Positions 124,926 through 136,045 are shown, numbered from the stretch's first letter. The stretch: 248,000 nt of DNA from Hyalangium minutum (GCF_000737315.1 NZ_JMCB01000006.1:764001-1012000), one strand, 5' to 3'. Numbers and translations are program-made. The notes: generated by a model not told the origin, from the letters alone.

Positions 124926-126676
124926 AGCTCTTCTCCACGGATCATAAGGTGGTGGCGCGGCAGTTCCTCTGGGCGGGGTTCGGGTTCCTGCTGGTGGGCG
125001 GGCTGCTGGCGATGCTCATCCGCTGGCAGTGGGCGTTCCCGGGGCGGGCGGTGCCGGGGCTCGGGTGGGCGCTGCCGAGCTCGGGCGGGGCGCTCACGCC
125101 GCCGGCGTACACGGGCGTCTTCACCATGCACGGGCTGCTGATGGTGTTCTTCGCCATCGCGCCGCTGTTGATTGGAGCGCTGGGTAACTTCGTCATTCCG
125201 CTGGCGGTGGGCGCTCGGGGCATGGCGTTCCCGCGGGTGTCGGCACTGAGCTTCTGGGTGTTCGCGGTGGGCGGGGTGCTGGTGCTGGCCTCGTTCGGGG
125301 TGCGGCTGGGGACGGCGAGCGCGGCGTGGACGAGCTACCCGCCGCTGTCCACGCACGTGTTCACGCCGGGCGTGGGGCAGACGCTGGTGATGGCGGGGGT
125401 GGTGTGCGCGGCGCTCTCGTCGTTTCTGGGCGCGGTGAACTACGTGGTGACGGTGGTGCGGTGCCGGGCGCCAGGGATGGAGTGGAAGCGGCTGCCGCTG
125501 ACGGTGTGGGGGCTGTTCTTCACGTCGGTGCTGAACCTGCTGTTCATCCCGGTGGTGGCGGCGGCCACGGGGATGCTGTTGATGGACCGGCTGGCGGGCA
125601 CGCGGTTCTTCCTCGAGGGCGCGGCGCTGACGCCGGGCACCGGGGGTGACCCGATGCTCTACCAGCACCTGTTCTGGCTGTTCGGGCACCCCGAGGTCTA
125701 CATCCTCATCCTGCCGGGCTGGGGGATGATCGGAGACATGGTGGCCTTCTTCAGCCGGAGGCCGGCGCACGGGTACCGGGGTACGGTGCTGGCGATGGGC
125801 GTCATCTCCTCGCTGTCCGGGCTGGTGTACGCGCACCACCTCTTCACGAGCGGGCTGTCGCCGATGCTGGGGCGGGCGTTCAGCACGCTGACGATGATCA
125901 TCTCGCTGCCGTCCACGGTGCTGTTCCTGAACTGGCTGGCGACGCTGTTCCGCGGGAGCGTGCGGCTGACGGCGCCGCTGCTGGCAGCGGTGAGCGCCAT
126001 GGTGGTGTTCGGGCTGGGAGGGATTACGGGGCTGGCGCTGGGGACGGTGGCCACGGACATTCCGCTGCACGGGACGATGTGGGTGGTGGGGCACTTCCAC
126101 CTGACGATGGGGGCGGCGAGCTTCCTGGCGGTGTTCGCGGGGCTGTACTTCTGGTTCCCGAAGATGTTCGGGCGGACGCTGCACGCGGGGCTGTCGAGGG
126201 CGCACGTGCTGCTGAGCGCGGTGCTGTTCCTGGCGGTGTTCGGCGGGCAGCTGATGACGGGGTACGCGGGGCAGCTGCGGCGGTTGTATGACCCGTACCA
126301 GTACACGTTCCTGAAGCACCTGCTGGAGCTGAACCAGTGGACGAGCTTCGCGGCGTTCGCGCTGGGGCTGACGCAGCTGCTGTTCGTGGTGAACCTGGTG
126401 TGGACGCTGCGCAAGGGGCCGGCGGCGGATGCGAACCCGTGGCAGGTGGGGACGCTCGAGTGGACGTGCGCGCCGAGCCCGCCGCCGGTGGACAACTACC
126501 CGCAGGTGCCGGTGGTGGTGCGCGGGCCGTATGCGCTCTCGCAGCCGGAGGTGATGGATCGGCTGGGGCGCGATTGGATTGGCCAGGCGGAGGTGCTGCC
126601 GGGAGAGGCGGCGCCCGCGGCGGAGGGTGAAGCCGCGCAGCCGGGACCGGTGCAGAGCGTGGGAGGGACGGCATGA
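124922..126676 (+). CDS. coxA: cytochrome c oxidase subunit I
   Basis: TMHG, GHPEVY, AHH, HFH. Confidence 0.95.
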   Translation: MKLFSTDHKVVARQFLWAGFGFLLVGGLLAMLIRWQWAFPGRAVPGLGWALPSSGGALTPPAYTGVFTMHGLLMVFFAIAPLLIGALGNFVIPLAVGARGMAFPRVSALSFWVFAVGGVLVLASFGVRLGTASAAWTSYPPLSTHVFTPGVGQTLVMAGVVCAALSSFLGAVNYVVTVVRCRAPGMEWKRLPLTVWGLFFTSVLNLLFIPVVAAATGMLLMDRLAGTRFFLEGAALTPGTGGDPMLYQHLFWLFGHPEVYILILPGWGMIGDMVAFFSRRPAHGYRGTVLAMGVISSLSGLVYAHHLFTSGLSPMLGRAFSTLTMIISLPSTVLFLNWLATLFRGSVRLTAPLLAAVSAMVVFGLGGITGLALGTVATDIPLHGTMWVVGHFHLTMGAASFLAVFAGLYFWFPKMFGRTLHAGLSRAHVLLSAVLFLAVFGGQLMTGYAGQLRRLYDPYQYTFLKHLLELNQWTSFAAFALGLTQLLFVVNLVWTLRKGPAADANPWQVGTLEWTCAPSPPPVDNYPQVPVVVRGPYALSQPEVMDRLGRDWIGQAEVLPGEAAPAAEGEAAQPGPVQSVGGTA

Positions 126677-127233
126677 CGCCCGTGGAGACGCCTGCTCCCG
126701 CGGGGCGAACAGACGCGGGGACGGACTGGTTCGGAGCCGTGGTGGCGCTGAGCGCGTGGGGGATGCTCTTCGCGGCGCTGGCGTTCTCGGTGGGCTACCT
126801 GCGGATGCGGGACCCGTGGCCGCTGGCGGGGATGCCGCCGCTGCCGAGGATTCTCCCGGCAGTGTCGGTGGGGCTGCTCGGGGTGGCGGCAGCGCTGCTG
126901 CACCTGAGCGGGCGCGGGGCGAAGGCGCTGCCGTGGGCCGGGGGTGCGCTGGGAGCCTTGGTGGCCTCGCTTGCGGTGCAGGGGCTCGTGATGAGCACGC
127001 TGTGGAGTGCGGGGCTGAAGCTGCCGCAGGGTGGGGCGTACGCGTCCGTGGTGTACGGACTGGGCGCGGTGCACGGTGCGCACGTGGTGGCGGGAGGGGT
127101 GGGCCTGGTGCGCGAGCTGGTGCGAGGGCTGCGAGGCGTGGAGGTGCGCGGAGCGCTGCGGCTCTGGGCGCTCTATGGAGCTTTCCTGACGGTGACGGGG
127201 CTGATCCTCTTCGCGGCGGTGTACCTGCCATGA
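126673..127233 (+). CDS. coxC: cytochrome c oxidase subunit III
   Basis: HGAHV; TM helices; operon position. Confidence 0.75.
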   Translation: MTPVETPAPAGRTDAGTDWFGAVVALSAWGMLFAALAFSVGYLRMRDPWPLAGMPPLPRILPAVSVGLLGVAAALLHLSGRGAKALPWAGGALGALVASLAVQGLVMSTLWSAGLKLPQGGAYASVVYGLGAVHGAHVVAGGVGLVRELVRGLRGVEVRGALRLWALYGAFLTVTGLILFAAVYLP

Positions 127234-128219
127234 GCGCGAGACGCACGGGGCTGGGGTGGTTGCCGGTGCTGGTGGCGCTCGGGGTGGGGTGCAGCGCGGG
127301 GGCACCGGCGCCGAAGCTCGAGCCGCTGAAGCTGGGCGACGGGCGCACGGTGGCGGCGGAGACGCTGGAGCGCGGGCGGGACGTGTACGCGTACTACTGC
127401 CTGTCCTGCCACGGCTCGGGAGGGGATGGGCAGGGGCCGGCGGCGGTGGGGATGCGTCCACCGCCTCGGAACTTCAAGCAGGGGCTGTTCAAGTTTGGCG
127501 GAGTGGCGGCGGGTGAGCTGCCCACGGACGAGGCGCTGAAGCGCACGGTGCGGCGAGGGCTGCACGGCACGCCGATGCTGCCGTGGGGTGTGCCGGAGGC
127601 GGACGTGGAGGCGGTGGTGCAGTACGTGAAGACGTTCAGCCCGCGCTGGCAGCAGGAGGCGCCGGGGCAGCCGCTGGAGGCGTCGGCGGATCCGTGGAAG
127701 GGGCGCGAGGCGGAGGCGGTGGAGCGGGGCAAGCGGGCCTACCACGTGGCGGGGAAGGGGAACGCGGGGTGCTCGGGGTGCCACATCTCGTACTTGCCGA
127801 AGCCGGAGCTGGAGGTGCTGGTGGAGCAGGTGACGGGGCGCAAGGTGGACCTGAGCAAGGTGGATCCGTACACGCAGCAGGCGCGGGACTCGGACTACAC
127901 GGTGGCGGTGGACGACAAGGGCGAGCCCGCGCAGATGGCGAGGGTGTTGCCGCCAGACTTCCTGATGCACCGGCTGCGGACGGTGTGGCCGCTGGGGACG
128001 GAGGTGGAGGGAGCGGAGTACACGCCGGAGCGGCAGCGCGAGGACCTGTACCGGGTGATTGCGGCGGGCGTGGGCGGGGCGGCGATGCCGACGTGGAAGG
128101 GCGCCATTCCCGAGGAGAACCTGTGGGCGCTCGCGTACTACGTGCAGACGCTGGTGAACCAGCGAGACACGGCCGAGGGCCGCGCGTTCAAAGCGCGCCT
128201 GCGCAACCCGGCGAAGTGA
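127230..128219 (+). CDS. diheme cytochrome c
   Basis: CLSCH and CSGCH. Confidence 0.85.
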   Translation: MSARRTGLGWLPVLVALGVGCSAGAPAPKLEPLKLGDGRTVAAETLERGRDVYAYYCLSCHGSGGDGQGPAAVGMRPPPRNFKQGLFKFGGVAAGELPTDEALKRTVRRGLHGTPMLPWGVPEADVEAVVQYVKTFSPRWQQEAPGQPLEASADPWKGREAEAVERGKRAYHVAGKGNAGCSGCHISYLPKPELEVLVEQVTGRKVDLSKVDPYTQQARDSDYTVAVDDKGEPAQMARVLPPDFLMHRLRTVWPLGTEVEGAEYTPERQREDLYRVIAAGVGGAAMPTWKGAIPEENLWALAYYVQTLVNQRDTAEGRAFKARLRNPAK

Positions 128220-128324
128220 CGCTTTCCATATTGAGCGAGCGTGACCAGCCTACCTGATAGGTTGGTTCCTCGTCTAGAGTCCGAGGCCATGACGTGTCAG
128301 ACCCCTCAGGTAGGGTGCTGGTCC

Positions 128325-129215
128325 ATGGCTTCCATGCAGCACGAAGGACTCCTGCTCTTGTTCCGCAACCGGCCCACGTTGGCGCCGGAGCTGTTGCGTG
128401 ATGCGCTCGGTCTGAAGTTGCCGGCCTGGACGGAGGCGCGGGTGGAGTCCGCGGAGCTCACCGAGGTGGTCCCCACCGAGTACCGAGCAGACCTCGTGGT
128501 GCTTCTGCTGGAGGGCAAGCCCATCTTCGCCATTGTGGTGGAGGTGCAGCTGTCGCGGGACGAGGACAAGCGGAAGACGTGGCCGCTGTACCTGACGAGC
128601 CTGCGCTCACGAGTGGGCTGTCCCACCGCATTGCTGGTGGTCGCTCCGGATGCCTCGGTGGCGCGATGGTGCGCACAGCCCATCGAGCTGGGGCACCCAG
128701 GCTTCACACTGCATCCGCTGGTGGCAGGGCCAGGCGCCATCCCTGTCGTTACCAACGAGCAGGAGGCCTGTCAGGACCCAGAGTTGGCGGTGCTGTCGGC
128801 AATGGCCCATGGGCGTGAAGAGGTGGGCATGGCCGTCGCCCAGACGGTTATGAACGCCTTGGGGGACCTTGATACGGAACGTGTCCGCCTTTACGTTGAC
128901 CTGGCCATGTCCTCGCTGAGCGAGGCGGCCCGTGGTGCCTTGGAGGCTCTGATGCAGAGTGGCAAGTACGAGTACCAGAGCGAGTTCGCGCGAAAGTACG
129001 TGGCACAGGGGCGTGAAGAGGGGCTCCGGGAGGGGCTTCAGCAGGGCCGGTATGAGGGCGAGCGGGCAGCACTGCTCGAAGTGCTCAATGCCCGGGGCCT
129101 CCAGGTGGATGAGACCACTCTTCATCGAATCATGGGCTGCTCAGACCTCGCGCAGCTCAAGAGCTGGCTGCGCAAGGCTGCGACGGCACAATCCACCCAA
129201 GAGCTCTTCGCGTGA
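128325..129215 (+). CDS. Rpn-like PD-(D/E)XK protein
   Basis: RADLVV..VVEVQ; GREEGLREGLQQG repeats. Confidence 0.7.
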   Translation: MASMQHEGLLLLFRNRPTLAPELLRDALGLKLPAWTEARVESAELTEVVPTEYRADLVVLLLEGKPIFAIVVEVQLSRDEDKRKTWPLYLTSLRSRVGCPTALLVVAPDASVARWCAQPIELGHPGFTLHPLVAGPGAIPVVTNEQEACQDPELAVLSAMAHGREEVGMAVAQTVMNALGDLDTERVRLYVDLAMSSLSEAARGALEALMQSGKYEYQSEFARKYVAQGREEGLREGLQQGRYEGERAALLEVLNARGLQVDETTLHRIMGCSDLAQLKSWLRKAATAQSTQELFA

Positions 129216-129450
129216 GCTGCGTTCCTCACGGAGCTTGAGCGGGACAGAGGGCACTCCACTGAGGGTTTTCCTTTAGAACGGTAGCTCCTTCGCGAGGGCC
129301 TGTGCTTCGGTGCGCCTGTACGCTAGGACGGCCCACATCGGAGCAGCCATGAGCCCACTCGCCGACGGATGACCTACTCCTCTTCAACGGTTCGAACGCG
129401 GCAGCAGCGAACCCATTCCCGGCTTCTGCTAAGCCTGGGAGCCGTCCTCT

Positions 129451-132400
129451 ATGGTCCTCCCGCTCCACACCCCAGCATTCCAGCAGGCAGGCTCTGGGAC
129501 ACCCGTGGGCGGCGACCCGAAGTTCGATCCCCTCCTGGACAGCATCACCGATGGCATCGTCTCGGTGGACCGGGAGTGGCGCGTCACCTACCTCAATGCC
129601 GTGACCGAGCGGCTCGCAGGCCGCTCGCGTGAGTCCCTGCTGGGCAAGGTGCTCTGGGCCGAGCTCCCCGACCTGACCCAGACGCCCTTCGCCGCGGCCA
129701 TCCGCCAGTCCATGGAGACCGGCAGCCAGGCCACCCTCACGGACTATTTCCCACCCACGGACTCGTGGTTCGAGATCCGCGTCTTCCCCTCAGCCGCGGG
129801 ACTTGTGCTCATCCTCCGCGACATCACCGAGATGCGTCAGGCCGAGGTGGAACGCCTCCGGCTGCTGGCCGCCGAGCGCTCCGCCCGCGAGCAGGCCGAG
129901 CGCACCGCTGACCGGATCACGCGCCTCCAGGAGCTCACCGCCCACCTCTCCGCGGCCCGCTCCCCCGAAGAGGTGATGTCCGTGGCCGTGGATCGCATCA
130001 TGGCCTCGGTGGGCGCCAACCTGGCCATGGTGGCCCTGCCCGTCGAGGGCCAGGATGTCCTTCGAACGGTGGCCTACAACGGCCACTCACGCCAGGTGTC
130101 CCACGACTTCCAGCTCATGCCGCTGGATGCGCCCCTGCCCGTCTCCGCCACCTACCGCTCCGGCCAGCCCGAGTGGCTCGAGTCTTCCGAAGCCCTGGTG
130201 TCTCGCTACCCGAACCTCCACCCACTGCTCCGGGAGCAGTCCCTGACCCGCTCGCTGGCGAGCATGCCCATGGTGGTCGAGAGCCGGGTGGTCGGCGTGC
130301 TGGCGCTGTGCTTCCCCGAGCCGCGTGCCTTCTCGGGTGATGACCGCGAGTTCCTCCTGGTGCTGGCGCGGCACTGCGCGCTGGCCATCGAGCGCTCGCG
130401 GCTGCTGGCCGAGGTGGAGGCCCAGCGCGCCCGGCTCGAGGAACTGGTGATGCGCGCCCCCGCGGTGATGTCCGTCACCCGGGGCCCCGAGCACCGCTTC
130501 GTCCTCTGCAATCCGCGCTACCGCCACCTGCTGGGCGGACGTGACGTGACGGGGCTGACCGCGCGCCAGGCCATCCCGGGCCCCGAGGGCCAGAACGTCC
130601 TCGATATCCTGAACCGCGTCTTCGCCACCGGAGAGCCCTTCGTCGGCAAGGAGCTCCCCGGGCGCCTCGGAGCGTCCACCGCGGATGTGACGATGTCCGA
130701 GAGCTACTTCGACTTCGTCTACCAGCCGCTGCGCGACGCCGAGGGGCGCGTGGAGGGCATTGCCTCGTTCGCCTTCGAGGTGACGGATCAGGTGCTCGCG
130801 CGGCAGACCGTGGAGGAGCTGCTGCGGGACATGGCGCGCAGCGAGGAGCGCTTCCGCGCCTTCCTCACCGCCACCTCGGAGATCATCTGGGACATGCCGC
130901 CCCAGGGCGAGTTCGATGCGGATCAGCCGGGCTGGCGCACGTTCACCGGCCAGACGCGGGCACAGTTGCTGGGCTGGGGCTGGCTGGACGCAGTGCACCC
131001 GGAGGACCGCGAGTACGCGGCGCGAGAGTGGCGCCGGGCGGTGGCCGCGAGCACGCCCTACCAGGGCGAAGTGCGGCTGCGGCGCCATGACGGGGTGTAC
131101 CGGTACATGCAGGTGCGCGCGGTGCCGGTGCTGGAGCTGAACGGAGCGGTGCGCGAGTGGGTGGGCATCCACCGCGACATCACCCGCCAGCGCGAGGACG
131201 AGGCCGAGCGCGCGCGGCTCCTCATGCGCGAGCAGTACCACCGGGCGCAGCTCCAGGGGCTGGCGCAGGCCTCGCTGGCCATTGGGCGGGCGCCCTCGCT
131301 GGATCAGGCGCTGCGCGTCATCACCGAGCAGGCGCGGGAGCTCATCGGCGCGCACCAGGCCGTGACGAGCCTCTCCACGGGCGAGGACTGGGCGCAGGCC
131401 ATCCACACCGTCTCGCTGTCGGCCAAGTACGCCGCGTGGCGTGACTACGCGGCGCCGGTGGACGGCTCGGGCATCTACGCGAAGGTGTGCGAGAGCAACC
131501 AGCCGGCGCGGATGACGCAGGCGGAGCTGGAGGCTCACCCGAGGTGGCACGGCTTCGGGGCGCACAAGGGCAAGCACCCGCCCATGCGGGGCTGGCTCGC
131601 GGTGCCGATGGTGGACCGCAATGGGCGCAACCTCGGGTTGATCCAGCTGTCGGACCGGTACGAGGGCGACTTCACCGCCGAGGACGAGGCCATCCTGGTG
131701 CAGCTGGCCCGGCTGGCGGCGGTGGCCATCGAGAACGCGCGGCTCATGGCGGAGTCCCAGGCGGCCAACCGCGCCAAGGACGAGTTCCTCGCGGTCATGA
131801 GCCACGAGCTGCGCACGCCCCTCACGGCGGTGCTGGGCTGGACGCAGATGCTGCGCAACCAGAAGGACAACGCCGTCATCCGCGAGAAGGGCCTGGAAGT
131901 CATCGAGCGCAACGCGCGCTCGCTGGCGCAGCTCATCGAGGACGTGCTGGACGTGTCGCGCATCCTCACGGGGAAGCTGGCGCTGCACCGCAAGGCGGTG
132001 GACCTGGCCACAGTGGTGCAGGCCGCGGTGGAGGTGGTGCGGCCTCGCGCCGAGCAGAAGAGCGTGTCGCTGGCGGTGTCCGTGGGCCCAGGGACGGGGC
132101 ACGTGACGGGGGACCCGGGACGGCTGCAGCAGGTGTTCTGGAACCTGCTGGCCAACGCGGTGAAGTTCACGCAAGAGGGCGGCACGGTGGAGGTGCAGCT
132201 GGAGCGGGCCGAGGCGGAGTGGCGGGTGCGGGTGAAGGACACGGGCCAGGGCATCCACGCGGACGCGCTGCCGCACCTGTTCGAGCGCTTCTGGCAGGCG
132301 GACGGCAGCAGCACGCGCGAGCACGGCGGGCTGGGGCTGGGGCTCGCCATCGTCCGGCACCTGGTGGAGCTGCACGGCGGAACGGTGGAGGCGGAGAGCG

Positions 132401-132891
132401 CGGGGCTGGGGCTGGGCGCCACCTTCACGGTCCGGCTGCCGCTGCCCGTGGTGCTGCCGGAGGCCGAGCGCTCGGCCTCGGGCGAGGGCGCCGCGAAGAG
132501 CCCTGCGCGGCTGGACGGCGTCCGGGTGCTGCTGGTGGAGGACGCGGAGGACGCGCGCGAGCTCATTACCCTGCTGCTGCGCGATCGCGGCGCGGAGGTG
132601 CGCACGGCCGCCAACGGCCGCGACGCCATGGAGCGGCTCACCGAGGCGCTGCCGGACGTGCTCATCTCCGACATCGGCCTGCCCGGCGAGGACGGCCACG
132701 CGGTGCTCAAGCGCGTGCGCGACTGGGCGGACACGAAGGGCGAGTGGATCCCCGCGATTGCACTCACAGCGTACGCCGGGGCGGAGGACGCCCGCCGGGC
132801 CTACCGGGCCGGCTTCCAGGTGCACATGGCCAAGCCGCTGGAGGCCGAGGCCCTGGTCGAGGCCGTGGCGAAGCTGTCCGGTCAGGAATGA
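129451..132891 (+). CDS. PAS/GAF hybrid histidine kinase
   Basis: SHELRTP, NAVKF, REC domain. Confidence 0.92.
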   Translation: MVLPLHTPAFQQAGSGTPVGGDPKFDPLLDSITDGIVSVDREWRVTYLNAVTERLAGRSRESLLGKVLWAELPDLTQTPFAAAIRQSMETGSQATLTDYFPPTDSWFEIRVFPSAAGLVLILRDITEMRQAEVERLRLLAAERSAREQAERTADRITRLQELTAHLSAARSPEEVMSVAVDRIMASVGANLAMVALPVEGQDVLRTVAYNGHSRQVSHDFQLMPLDAPLPVSATYRSGQPEWLESSEALVSRYPNLHPLLREQSLTRSLASMPMVVESRVVGVLALCFPEPRAFSGDDREFLLVLARHCALAIERSRLLAEVEAQRARLEELVMRAPAVMSVTRGPEHRFVLCNPRYRHLLGGRDVTGLTARQAIPGPEGQNVLDILNRVFATGEPFVGKELPGRLGASTADVTMSESYFDFVYQPLRDAEGRVEGIASFAFEVTDQVLARQTVEELLRDMARSEERFRAFLTATSEIIWDMPPQGEFDADQPGWRTFTGQTRAQLLGWGWLDAVHPEDREYAAREWRRAVAASTPYQGEVRLRRHDGVYRYMQVRAVPVLELNGAVREWVGIHRDITRQREDEAERARLLMREQYHRAQLQGLAQASLAIGRAPSLDQALRVITEQARELIGAHQAVTSLSTGEDWAQAIHTVSLSAKYAAWRDYAAPVDGSGIYAKVCESNQPARMTQAELEAHPRWHGFGAHKGKHPPMRGWLAVPMVDRNGRNLGLIQLSDRYEGDFTAEDEAILVQLARLAAVAIENARLMAESQAANRAKDEFLAVMSHELRTPLTAVLGWTQMLRNQKDNAVIREKGLEVIERNARSLAQLIEDVLDVSRILTGKLALHRKAVDLATVVQAAVEVVRPRAEQKSVSLAVSVGPGTGHVTGDPGRLQQVFWNLLANAVKFTQEGGTVEVQLERAEAEWRVRVKDTGQGIHADALPHLFERFWQADGSSTREHGGLGLGLAIVRHLVELHGGTVEAESAGLGLGATFTVRLPLPVVLPEAERSASGEGAAKSPARLDGVRVLLVEDAEDARELITLLLRDRGAEVRTAANGRDAMERLTEALPDVLISDIGLPGEDGHAVLKRVRDWADTKGEWIPAIALTAYAGAEDARRAYRAGFQVHMAKPLEAEALVEAVAKLSGQE

Positions 132892-133013
132892 CCCATTGCG
132901 TCATGTAGCGGGGAGGACCTGCCCGGCTGATCGGAGGGGGAGGCGCAACTTCTCCCAGGCTCGTGCGAGAATCAGACGAAGATTTACCCCTTTGTCTCCC
133001 GCGGAGTCCTCCC

Positions 133014-134708
133014 GTGACCGTCTATTCTGTTCGCAGCGGCGACACCCTCAACGCCCTGGCGAAGCGCTTCAACACCTCGGTGTCTGAGATCGCCAAGGCC
133101 AACAACATCACCAACCCCAACAAGATCTCCACCGGGCAGAAGCTGACCATCCCGGACGGGTTCGATCGGCCCACGACCAAGCCGACGCAGTCCGGCGGTA
133201 GCAGCAGCGGCGGCGGCTCGAGCGCCCCGGCCCAGGCCGCGGGCAACGGCGGCCCGGTGCGTGACAGCAACGGCCGTCAGTACCAGACGTCCTCGGACGG
133301 CACGCCGATGTACAAGCAGGGCGATGCGGAGTGGGGCAGCCGCGCTCTGGGCACCGGCTCCAGCATCAGCGCCGCCGGCTGCGCCATGACGGCCACCTCC
133401 ATGGCCGTGAGCAAGATCAGCGGCCAGGCCATCAACCCGGGCCAGATGGACAAGTACCTGGACTCGCACGGTGGCTACGTCGGCAACGGCCTCGTGTGGG
133501 ACAAGGCGGCTCAGGCGGCCGGTCTGCACGCCTCCAAGCAGGGCTGGAGCCTCGACACCATCAACAAGCAGGTGGACGCGGGCCGTCCCGTCGTCATCGG
133601 CGTGGACTACAAGGCCGGCAGCGGCGGCGGCGCCAACGGCACCGACCACTGGATCACCGTGACGGGCCGGGGCAAGGAGGGTGGCAAGGACGTCTACTTC
133701 GCCAACGATCCGGCCACCGGGAAGCAGATCACCCTGCGCAACGAGGGCGGCCGCCTGGTGGGTGGCCCCTCGAACTACAAGTCCACGGGCGAGCTGGTGA
133801 CGTTCTCCGGCGGCAACCCCCCGAAGCCGGGCACCACGCCGTCCACCCCGGCCACGCCGTCCACCCCGAGCACCGGCGGCACCACCGGCACGGGTGGCAC
133901 CCAGGCTCCGGCGGCGAACGCCACGAGCCTCAAGGGCGTGACGATTCCCTCGGCCAACCTGAAGCGCGGCGACACGGGCCCGCAGGTGGAGCAGCTCCAG
134001 CAGGCGCTGGTGAAGGCCGGCTACATGACGTCGGCCCAGGTGAACACGGGCCCGGGCACCTTCGGCCCGAAGACCGAGGCCGCCGTGAAGAAGTTCCAGG
134101 CGGACCACGGCGTGGAGTCCATCGGCCAGTACGGCCCGAAGACCCGCGCGGCCTTCGAGAAGCTGGGCGCCAAGGTGGGCGGCTCCACCCCGAGCACCCC
134201 TACCACTCCCACCACTCCGACGGGTCCGATTGGCGACCTGCCCAAGACGGGCAACGCCTTCATCGACCGCGTGGCGGCCGACGCCATCAAGAGCCAGCGG
134301 CAGACGGGCGTGCCCGCCTCCGTGACGCTCGCGCAGGCGATGCTGGAGAGCGGCAGCGGCAAGTCCGGCCTGGCCACCAAGGGCAACAACTTCTTCGGCA
134401 TCAAGGGTGAGGGCCCCGCCGGCCACGTCACCATGCCGACGAAGGAGTTCCTCAACGGCAAGTGGGTGACGGTGGACGCCAACTTCCGCAAGTACAACTC
134501 GCCCGCCGAGTCCTTCGCGGATCACGGCAAGTTCCTGCGTGACAACAAGCGCTACGCCAACGCGTTCAAGCACACGGACGACGCGGCCCAGTTCGCCAAG
134601 GAGATCCACAAGGCCGGCTACGCCACCGACCCGGAGTACTCCAACAAGCTCATCTCCATCATCAACAAGTACGGCCTGGAGCGCTTCGACCAGATCGGCC
134701 GTCAGTAA
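133014..134708 (+). CDS. LysM / peptidoglycan-binding / glucosaminidase cell-wall hydrolase
   Basis: LysM, C39-like GCAMT, PG-binding, AQAMLESG..NNFFGIK..YATDP. Confidence 0.85.
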   Translation: MTVYSVRSGDTLNALAKRFNTSVSEIAKANNITNPNKISTGQKLTIPDGFDRPTTKPTQSGGSSSGGGSSAPAQAAGNGGPVRDSNGRQYQTSSDGTPMYKQGDAEWGSRALGTGSSISAAGCAMTATSMAVSKISGQAINPGQMDKYLDSHGGYVGNGLVWDKAAQAAGLHASKQGWSLDTINKQVDAGRPVVIGVDYKAGSGGGANGTDHWITVTGRGKEGGKDVYFANDPATGKQITLRNEGGRLVGGPSNYKSTGELVTFSGGNPPKPGTTPSTPATPSTPSTGGTTGTGGTQAPAANATSLKGVTIPSANLKRGDTGPQVEQLQQALVKAGYMTSAQVNTGPGTFGPKTEAAVKKFQADHGVESIGQYGPKTRAAFEKLGAKVGGSTPSTPTTPTTPTGPIGDLPKTGNAFIDRVAADAIKSQRQTGVPASVTLAQAMLESGSGKSGLATKGNNFFGIKGEGPAGHVTMPTKEFLNGKWVTVDANFRKYNSPAESFADHGKFLRDNKRYANAFKHTDDAAQFAKEIHKAGYATDPEYSNKLISIINKYGLERFDQIGRQ

Positions 134709-134967
134709 GCTCCGAGCTCGCTTGAGCGAGGCATCACCCCCGCTGGCGGAGCATCGCCGGTGGGGGTGAAGACGAGGACCGTGAGCCCTTCTGGGGCCGC
134801 GGTCCTCGTTGCGTTTGGGGGGCATGGGCGCAGGGCGTGGCGGGCTGCCAGGCAGGGGCTGGGCTCACTCCCGCCGGGAGCAAGGAGGCGAGCGCGGGCC
134901 AGGAGACAGCGGCTCACCGCATGCGCACCGTTCGAGCGACACCCCTTTCGTATCGAGCGAGGAGCGC

Positions 134968-135393
134968 ATGGCGACGGAGCGAGCGCAGCGATTCGTGGAC
135001 GCACTGGCGAAGCTGGAGGAGAGCGGGGACCTGGAGGCCATCGTCTCGCTGTTCGCCGAGGACGCGAAGGTGAGCAACGTGGCCTCGCAGCGGGAGTTCA
135101 CGGGGCGGGAGGGCGTGCGCCAGTTCTGGAGGGACTACAAGGCCATGCTGGCCAGTGTGAAGTCCACCTTCCGCAACATGATCGAGTCGAACGACCGTGT
135201 GGCGCTGGAGTGGGAGACACAAGGCACGGCGCAGAACGGAGCGGCGGTGAACTACGAGGGCGTCTCCATTCTCGAGTGGGATGGCGATCGGATCCGCCGC
135301 TTCTACGCGTACTTCGACCCGGGGCTCTTGGGACGGGAGATCGCGCACGGGACGGCGAAGCGCTCGGAGCCTCCGGCCACCACGCCGGCGTAG
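134968..135393 (+). CDS. SnoaL/NTF2-like protein
   Basis: LFAEDA..G.EGVRQFW. Confidence 0.8.
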   Translation: MATERAQRFVDALAKLEESGDLEAIVSLFAEDAKVSNVASQREFTGREGVRQFWRDYKAMLASVKSTFRNMIESNDRVALEWETQGTAQNGAAVNYEGVSILEWDGDRIRRFYAYFDPGLLGREIAHGTAKRSEPPATTPA

Positions 135394-135394
135394 C

Positions 135395-136045
135395 TCAGGC
135401 GGCGCGCACGGCTTCGAGCGTGCGGCACAGCTCGTCGATGGTGTCCGTGAGCTCACGGGCCCGGCCCGCGGCGTGGGCGGTGGCGCCCTCGTAGCGCAGC
135501 AATGTGAGGCGCGTGGCCAGCTCACCGGCTCGGGCGAGCGCGCGCTCCAGGTCCGTGCGGGCCTGGGTTCGCAGGGCCTCCAGGCGGGAGAGGTGCGCCA
135601 GGCGCTCGCGGAGGATGTCCGCCACGGGCTTGGAGTCCGGGCGTGCTTCGAGCGCGGCCAGCTCACGGCTCAGCTTCTCCCGGTCGTGGTCCGGAGAGGA
135701 GAGCACGGCGTCCAGCTCGGCGAGGCGGCGCGCCGCGGAGCGCAGGGCGGTGCCCAGGGAGCGCACCCGCGCGGTCTCCAAGGTGAGCGAGTCCCCCAAC
135801 TCGCGGCCGAGCCGCTGGAGCGCCTCATGGAGGGTGGCCTCGGCGGCATCGATGCGAGCGTTCTCGGGCGTGCCCGTGGGAGCAGAGGGGCTGGGAAGCA
135901 GAACCGGCAGGAACAGCGGCCAGAGACAGGCGTGGAGGCCCGCGCGGGCGAGGCCCATGGCGCCTCGGGCTTCACCGCGTCCGAGCACCGCGGCCACGGC
136001 GATGCCGGCGAGGCAGTAGGTGACGACGGTGACGAGCGCGACCAT
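135395..136045 (-). CDS. membrane-anchored coiled-coil protein (triad A, gene 3)
   Basis: LHACLWPLFLP; paralog of 231480. Confidence 0.7.
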   Translation of the reverse strand: MVALVTVVTYCLAGIAVAAVLGRGEARGAMGLARAGLHACLWPLFLPVLLPSPSAPTGTPENARIDAAEATLHEALQRLGRELGDSLTLETARVRSLGTALRSAARRLAELDAVLSSPDHDREKLSRELAALEARPDSKPVADILRERLAHLSRLEALRTQARTDLERALARAGELATRLTLLRYEGATAHAAGRARELTDTIDELCRTLEAVRAA

